Shown here: positions 59,010 to 64,000 of the stretch, in pieces
Layout: each line of letters opens with the position of its first letter
Position numbering within the stretch: position 1 is the first letter of the stretch
Source of the DNA: a bacterium
Lineage (GTDB): Bacteria; UBA8248
Assembly: GCA_965219955.1 (NCBI GenBank)
Contig: OZ244799.1
Coordinates: 1,568,001 to 1,632,000 of the forward strand
Reading direction: 5' to 3'
Length of the DNA stretch: 64,000 bases
The notes under the pieces: model-generated
What the model was told of the DNA's origin: nothing
Databases searched by the model: none
Seen by the model: only the letters and a program-made list of their open reading frames with translations
Program-made: the position numbers and the translations under genes

Positions 59010-59280
59010 GAGTGTGGGAACTGCTGCGACACAATCCCAGAGGTGCAGGCCGAGTCGGGGTGTCGGCTGCTTTCTTGAGAAGCGCGAAACAGGGGCTGCC
59101 CGTTGTTCCCGTTCCCGGCTCGAGGACTCAAACTCATAACCAGGAGCGGTACTGTTTGCTCTATCACGAGGGAAGCAACCAACGGGCAACCCCCTTTTCC
59201 ACTCTTCTTCCTTTTCCTTCGCCCGCCTCAGGCTCCGGGACGATGAAGCCCCCGCCCGAGACCGAAGGCGTCCTGTTCTC

Positions 59281-60987
59281 TTACCTGTGCGCTCCAAACG
59301 CCCCGATGAAGGCGGCGTCTCCTTCGCCAACCGTCTGCCTCTTGACATAAAACGAACCTGCAACAGAACCAGGCTCGTCCGGAGAGTAGGTTGTCGTTCT
59401 TGTTCTCTCGGGAGTGTTGCTTGGAACATCAGCAGTATCTGAAGTAGCGCTGGCTCTCATTCCGAAGAACTGGCCCTTCCAACTGCCGGTATAGGCGTGA
59501 CCCTCTATTACACCAGCAGCATCTCCTTCAAAAGCTGCAAGAGTATTCACCAAGGGCTGTTCCTTCAAGTCGATGCTTCCCGTGATGGAATTTCCACCGG
59601 CGCTGATGCCCGTGATTGCTCCTGAAATCTTGCTGCCCGCAACATCTGCCCCGGCTCCGCGCACGAACGTAGCCGTGAGCGATACATTCGCCTTGAAATG
59701 GCTGGCCTTTCCGCCGGCGAAATACGCGCCGTTCACGCCCCCACGGTAAGTTGCTTCCGTGCTCTCATTTTCGTCAACGAATCCGGCTATCGTGTTAAAA
59801 CCGGTCGCATTCACGCATGCCCTGGACTCCGTACTGGTGTTAGTTACATCAGCTGCGGTGCAGAAATCATGTGTCGTCCCCGTCCCGTCGAGAGGCTGAC
59901 TCCCGAATGCAAATGCTCTCAGGATGGAAGTGCCGGGAGTTGCATCATCGAGCCAGATTCCGGCGAGCAGATAATCATCGTCGGCGACGTACTTATACTG
60001 CTCATTTATACGGTTGTCTGGGTCACCAGATACGTCAGTAAGGTTCTCTTGGGGACCATCTGAGGCAGAATCCCCTGTTTTTTGCCTTACCGGTGAGTCT
60101 ACTTTGATATCCGTGTAGACAGTGGCGAATCTGCCGCCGCTTTTCAGGTCGAAGCCATTGGAAAGAGGTGCAGATCCGGAGATTTTGCCCGTCTGGCTAT
60201 CCGATGAAACATTCGTCTCATTGACCGATACCGTTACTCCCAGCACGCCTCTTTCCGTATTCCTGGGTATTGGATAGTTCATTCGGGTGTCACCTTCACC
60301 TTTGTGGTACGGATAAGTGGCACTAGCACCTGTCGATCCCACCTCGATGGAAGTAGCCGCTAGTCCGCTCAGAACCGCATCGGATATTTTCTTGTTATCC
60401 CTCAAGTACCTGATGAGCGAGGACCCGCCCGTCAAGGCGGCCTCGTCCGCTTCCCGTTGTTGGCGTTGGTTCGCGGCCACCTGCACGGCGCCCTGAATGC
60501 CCGCTATTGACGATGCGGCTGCGTTGAGAGTGCCTGCAGCCTCTCTCGCGTTCCCCAGCGCGGTATTCGCCTCCGCCGGCGTAGTGGCCAGGGTCGCCGC
60601 AGTATTCGCGCTCTCGATACGCGCCAGGGCGCTTTGCGCATCATTGCTGTGGCTGATGGCGCTCGTGATTTGATCGGCCGTGGCGTCGGCGTTGGTTTGT
60701 ATCGCGGCCGCGGCCGAACTCGCCGCCCCCGCCCGCGTCCGGGCACTTGAAAGGATAGTTGAAAGTTCCCGTCTGGCCTCGGCTATCTTTTCCGCATCGG
60801 TCGGCTCGGGCGGTGGCGGATCCGCGCAGTCCGGGTACGTCCCGACCTGACCCTGCGGGCATTCCATCACCGGCGGCGGCATTTCTTCCGCAGTACCGCC
60901 GCCGCCCCCGCCGCCGCAACCGGAGGCAAATGCCGCAATGCACACGACAAGTACCGCCAATCCTGAATATCTGAGCATTTTCATCAT
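59281..60987 (-). CDS. Surface lipoprotein with TbpB/HphA-like C-terminal beta-barrel
   Basis: Lipobox ASG-C then poly-Gly; YLLAGIWL, ATYRGG, GSWKGQFFG, VAGSF and terminal GAFGAHR. Confidence 0.8.
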   Translation of the reverse strand: MMKMLRYSGLAVLVVCIAAFASGCGGGGGGGTAEEMPPPVMECPQGQVGTYPDCADPPPPEPTDAEKIAEARRELSTILSSARTRAGAASSAAAAIQTNADATADQITSAISHSNDAQSALARIESANTAATLATTPAEANTALGNAREAAGTLNAAASSIAGIQGAVQVAANQRQQREADEAALTGGSSLIRYLRDNKKISDAVLSGLAATSIEVGSTGASATYPYHKGEGDTRMNYPIPRNTERGVLGVTVSVNETNVSSDSQTGKISGSAPLSNGFDLKSGGRFATVYTDIKVDSPVRQKTGDSASDGPQENLTDVSGDPDNRINEQYKYVADDDYLLAGIWLDDATPGTSILRAFAFGSQPLDGTGTTHDFCTAADVTNTSTESRACVNATGFNTIAGFVDENESTEATYRGGVNGAYFAGGKASHFKANVSLTATFVRGAGADVAGSKISGAITGISAGGNSITGSIDLKEQPLVNTLAAFEGDAAGVIEGHAYTGSWKGQFFGMRASATSDTADVPSNTPERTRTTTYSPDEPGSVAGSFYVKRQTVGEGDAAFIGAFGAHR

Positions 60988-61115
60988 TTGCCCCCTAAGG
61001 CTGCCCCCCCTCCTGAAGCGGAAGGGGGCGGACGGATTAAACTCGGGTTCCATCTACCGCTTGCGCGCGCCGGAGCGCCTGCGCATCCAACTCCTGCTTC
61101 TTCCTCCCATCCCCC

Positions 61116-61143
61116 GGCCCCGGGCTTGATGCAGCCCGGGGCC
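61116..61143. terminator. Hairpin after the upstream lipoprotein gene
   Basis: GGCCCCGGGCT-tgatgc-AGCCCGGGGCC. Confidence 0.45.
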
Positions 61144-61165
61144 CTGAGGAGTCATGCGCTGTTGC

Positions 61166-63034
61166 TTACTCGGCTCTCCACGTGCCGAAAGAGCCCAGGA
61201 TTCTGACCGGGTCACCGGAATGCCCCGGCGCTTCCGCGGCAAAAGTGCCTGCCGCGGTCGTGGGGTGGTCACCGCTGCCGTAGAACTGGCCGCCCCACTT
61301 TCCGGCCATGGCCCGGCCCGCCAGGGTGCCCGAAACCTTGTCGCCGAAGCCTAGAGCGGACGTGCCAGCAAGATCACCAGTCGCATCCGTATCAACTGTT
61401 ATCGTCGCCCTCCCCAGCGTCAGCGAGCCTTCCACGTCCATGCCGCCGGCCCTGATGTTGGAGATGGAGCCGGTGACGGCGCCCAGGAGGTTGGTAGCGG
61501 CGATTTCGGCTCCGCCGAAGTTGGCGTTCAGGGTGGCGTCCGCGTCGAAGTATTCGACCATGCCGGCCGCCGAATACGCGCCGCTCGCGACGCCGTTATA
61601 CGTCGCCGTGCCCTTGTGGGCACCGGTGACAGTGAACACCTGATTGCCGTAAGCGAATGCGCCCGCCTGGGCGGCATCGGCCGTTATGGCGGAAGTAACA
61701 CCATTAGTAGCTACATTTTGCAGGGAGTCCCTGGTGGAACCGGTTACCCAGAAACCCCAGGCCAGGTAGTCGCTATCCGCCTTGGTGGTTCCGTCGCTCT
61801 TATGGAATGAGTAGCCCGTATTCGCTACGATCTTTCCACTCGCGTCGACACTGATTGAGCAAGTGGTGGCAGGAGAGGCAGAGGCGCCAGCACATTGAAA
61901 TTGTCCTGCAACCGGAGGGTTATTGTCTGCGGGATTCTGGTTGAACGTCGCCGCGAAATTGCTTCCGTCCCCCGCGACCTCCCCCGCTACGATTACACCA
62001 TTGGTGGCGGTGATATCGGCAATGGCAACTGTAGCATCAGAAACATAGTTCTGGGTCGGCGCCTGAATGTCCGTGTTGACGACGAGATGAGATTTCACAT
62101 TGGCGCCATCAACTGGCTGGGTCACCAGATCCTGGGCTTCCCAGCCTCCCTTGGTCTGGAAGCGTGAAGGCGTTTCACCCATCACCAATCTCTCAGTATT
62201 AGCAACACTGGGACTAGCAGCACTACCACCAAGGTTAAGCGCAAATGTGGATCCGCCCGCCTTATGCACGACTACTGCTGTAGGTGAGGTACCTCCACTA
62301 ATAGGTGATACACCCATACTTACGGTAGCAGCTGCATTAGTTCCAGTTTCCTCAGCAGGAGTAGTTGTTGAATCACTGCTTGCGCTCAGGTTCGTAAGAC
62401 CAGCAACAGTAGCAACAGTAGCAGACCCAGCCCCTGCGGCATTTGCCATTGCTATGCCCACGTTCGCCGCATTTGAAACAGACTTGGGCGGATCCTTGCC
62501 CTCCAACTCGGCATTTGCGATATCTTCGCCGTTGAGCTGCTTGTTCGCCAGCATGGTAACACCCAGGCCGCGCGCCATCCCCGCTTCCATCGCCATGTCG
62601 CGGGCCGCCTCGGCCTTCATCTGGTATTCCATGGCCATTTCGGAAGTCGTGGCTGCAGCCGCCATGTCGGACGCTTCCTTGGCCATCGCCGCGTGCGGCT
62701 GCGCGTTGCCCATCGCCACGGGGTCCTTCGCGCCGCCTACGGCCGCCATCGCCGCCATGTAGGCCGCCATCGCGGCGTCCTGCGCGTCGCTCAGGGCCTT
62801 TGCTTCGGCCATTTCCGCGGCGAGCTCTTCAGCGGAGACGCAAGCTCCGTCTCTCCACTCGCCGTCGTTACCCTCGCACATTTCCTGCGGGGTCGGTTCC
62901 GGCATGGTGGGCGGCTCCGGGTCCGGCGCCGTGGCGCTGCCGCCACCGCCGCCGCAACCGGCCAACACGAGGGCGAAAACCGCCGCCATCGCGAAAGCGT
63001 AAAGCTTGGTTATCGATTTATCTTTGAACGTCAT
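61166..63034 (-). CDS. Surface lipoprotein with TbpB/HphA-like C-terminal beta-barrel
   Basis: Lipobox LAG-C then GGGGG; YLAWGFW, TATYNG, GKWGGQFYG, AAGTF and terminal GSFGT; AGGAGG RBS. Confidence 0.8.
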   Translation of the reverse strand: MTFKDKSITKLYAFAMAAVFALVLAGCGGGGGSATAPDPEPPTMPEPTPQEMCEGNDGEWRDGACVSAEELAAEMAEAKALSDAQDAAMAAYMAAMAAVGGAKDPVAMGNAQPHAAMAKEASDMAAAATTSEMAMEYQMKAEAARDMAMEAGMARGLGVTMLANKQLNGEDIANAELEGKDPPKSVSNAANVGIAMANAAGAGSATVATVAGLTNLSASSDSTTTPAEETGTNAAATVSMGVSPISGGTSPTAVVVHKAGGSTFALNLGGSAASPSVANTERLVMGETPSRFQTKGGWEAQDLVTQPVDGANVKSHLVVNTDIQAPTQNYVSDATVAIADITATNGVIVAGEVAGDGSNFAATFNQNPADNNPPVAGQFQCAGASASPATTCSISVDASGKIVANTGYSFHKSDGTTKADSDYLAWGFWVTGSTRDSLQNVATNGVTSAITADAAQAGAFAYGNQVFTVTGAHKGTATYNGVASGAYSAAGMVEYFDADATLNANFGGAEIAATNLLGAVTGSISNIRAGGMDVEGSLTLGRATITVDTDATGDLAGTSALGFGDKVSGTLAGRAMAGKWGGQFYGSGDHPTTAAGTFAAEAPGHSGDPVRILGSFGTWRAE

Positions 63035-63291
63035 TTAGTGAGTCCTCCTGAATACACAGTAGAAAAAGGGATTTTCAGTGAATTTCCGGCTTTCTCCGAT
63101 TAACCTCCTTTCCTTCTCATATACGGGCCTTCACAAACCGATTGTCGTATTTCGGCCAGCCGGAAGGACGGCGGACTTGCGGACCCATCGTCCGGGCTGG
63201 TATTAACTCTTTCCGCGACACACGAATCCCTGAGGTATGCGCGCACCTTTTTCGGTCTCCACAGACGAACCGCCTCGCACCCGGCCTGCCC

Positions 63292-63313
63292 GCCGCTAAT
63301 TATTGTTACGGGA
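63292..63313. other. Left tyrosine-recombinase-type site (IRL)
   Basis: GCCGCTAA-TTATTG-TTACGGGA; inverted copy of the site at 63461. Confidence 0.65.
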
Positions 63314-63431
63314 CGCGGGAAGCCCCGTTCTCCGCCGGAAAACCCGTTCCGGGGCGCGCGCGGGCCGCAAAAGAGCGAAAAAAGACGGAAAACGGCGCCC
63401 GAAAACTCCTCCAGGGACCCCGGAATTGCGC

Positions 63432-63459
63432 TTGACATGGTTTTGAGAGGTGTTATATT
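63432..63459 (+). promoter_or_regulatory. Sigma70 promoter inside the inverted-site segment
   Basis: TTGACA-16 bp-TATATT with extended -10 TGn. Confidence 0.7.
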
Positions 63460-63460
63460 G

Positions 63461-63482
63461 TCTGATAACAATAATTATCGGA
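63461..63482. other. Right tyrosine-recombinase-type site (IRR)
   Basis: TCTGATAA-CAATAA-TTATCGGA: 7/8 inverted arms around a 6-bp spacer, dif/Xer-like ATAA-N6-TTAT. Confidence 0.7.
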
Positions 63483-63619
63483 ATTCAGAAAATCCACCGC
63501 CCCGGGTGGATATCCGCGTCCAGAATCAGCTTTTTTTCCTGGAAATTCCCCGCCGTAGTCTATACTCTGTCATCGAGGAGGTTCTCGGGCGGAGCGAGGC
63601 GCCCGGGCGGCCTCAGGGA

Positions 63620-64000
63620 ATGGAAACAGCCGCTGACCCGGAAGGTTGGCTTCTCACCATGACGACGGGGGCGACACCACTCGACCCCACCCAAGACATC
63701 GCTTTGACGAATACGCCGGCCGGGGGGCCTGCCCCGGTCCGGCCGGCCGCGGACCTGGCGAAGGCCTCGATGGCGAAGAACACGCGGCGGGCGTACGAGG
63801 CGGCGCTCAGGGGGTTCGAGCGTTCGGGCCGCCCGGAGACCGACGCCGGGGTGGCGGCGTACCTGGGGGACCTCTACGAGGAGGGGCTTTCCGCGGCCTG
63901 CGCCGCCATGACGGTCGCGGCGCTCCGCTTCCGGGCGAAGCTGGGCGGCCGGCCCTCTCCGGTGGGGGCGGCTTCGGAGCGGGTGCTGGCCGGCTTCAGG
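63620..64000 (+). CDS. Cre-like tyrosine recombinase, N-terminal SAM-like domain (partial)
   Basis: Manual translation: ...ASMAKNTRRAYEAALRGF...VAAYLGDLYEEGLS...TVAALRFRAK...VLAGFR; start at 63620 or 63659; catalytic domain lies outside the window. Confidence 0.75.
   Translation, partial: METAADPEGWLLTMTTGATPLDPTQDIALTNTPAGGPAPVRPAADLAKASMAKNTRRAYEAALRGFERSGRPETDAGVAAYLGDLYEEGLSAACAAMTVAALRFRAKLGGRPSPVGAASERVLAGFR

Noticed and set aside
59281-63034. Diversity-generating retroelement or shufflon acting inside the lipoproteins
   Set aside because: No reverse transcriptase, no TR/VR pair, and no further copies of the recombinase core site seen within the genes.
63100-63120. Tiny minus-strand uORF MRRKGG containing AAGGAGG
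   Set aside because: Too short to support, and no start codon follows the SD-like sequence.
1-64000. tRNA or rRNA genes
   Set aside because: No cloverleaf/T-loop or rRNA-like segments recognised.

Overview
GC-rich bacterial chromosomal window. The gene content suggests a host- or sponge-associated Nitrospinota/Tectomicrobia-like or deltaproteobacterial lineage, but that is a weak inference. The left 42 kb is mostly housekeeping and catabolic genes: EamA transporters, Mrp, etfBA, SDRs, pgk, cystathionine beta-synthase/gamma-lyase, msrP, a DEAD helicase, HU, hisC, larEBC plus a ThiS-like protein, a TPR-TPR-ExbB-ExbD-TonB operon and panC. It also holds a lower-GC AAA-ATPase/DUF4276 cassette and a deiodinase-like selenoprotein split by an in-frame UGA, with a canonical SECIS-like hairpin just downstream. 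The right 22 kb carries lysine/arginine biosynthesis genes, an ECF sigma/anti-sigma/Spy cluster and a complete IS256 element. Its intergenic spaces are filled with nested (Russian-doll) palindromic repeat assemblies. The window ends with two tandem TbpB-like surface lipoproteins. They are preceded by a ~165-bp promoter-containing segment bounded by inverted tyrosine-recombinase-type sites with identical 6-bp spacers, next to a Cre-like recombinase. This is a candidate invertible-promoter phase-variation switch and the strongest novel lead.
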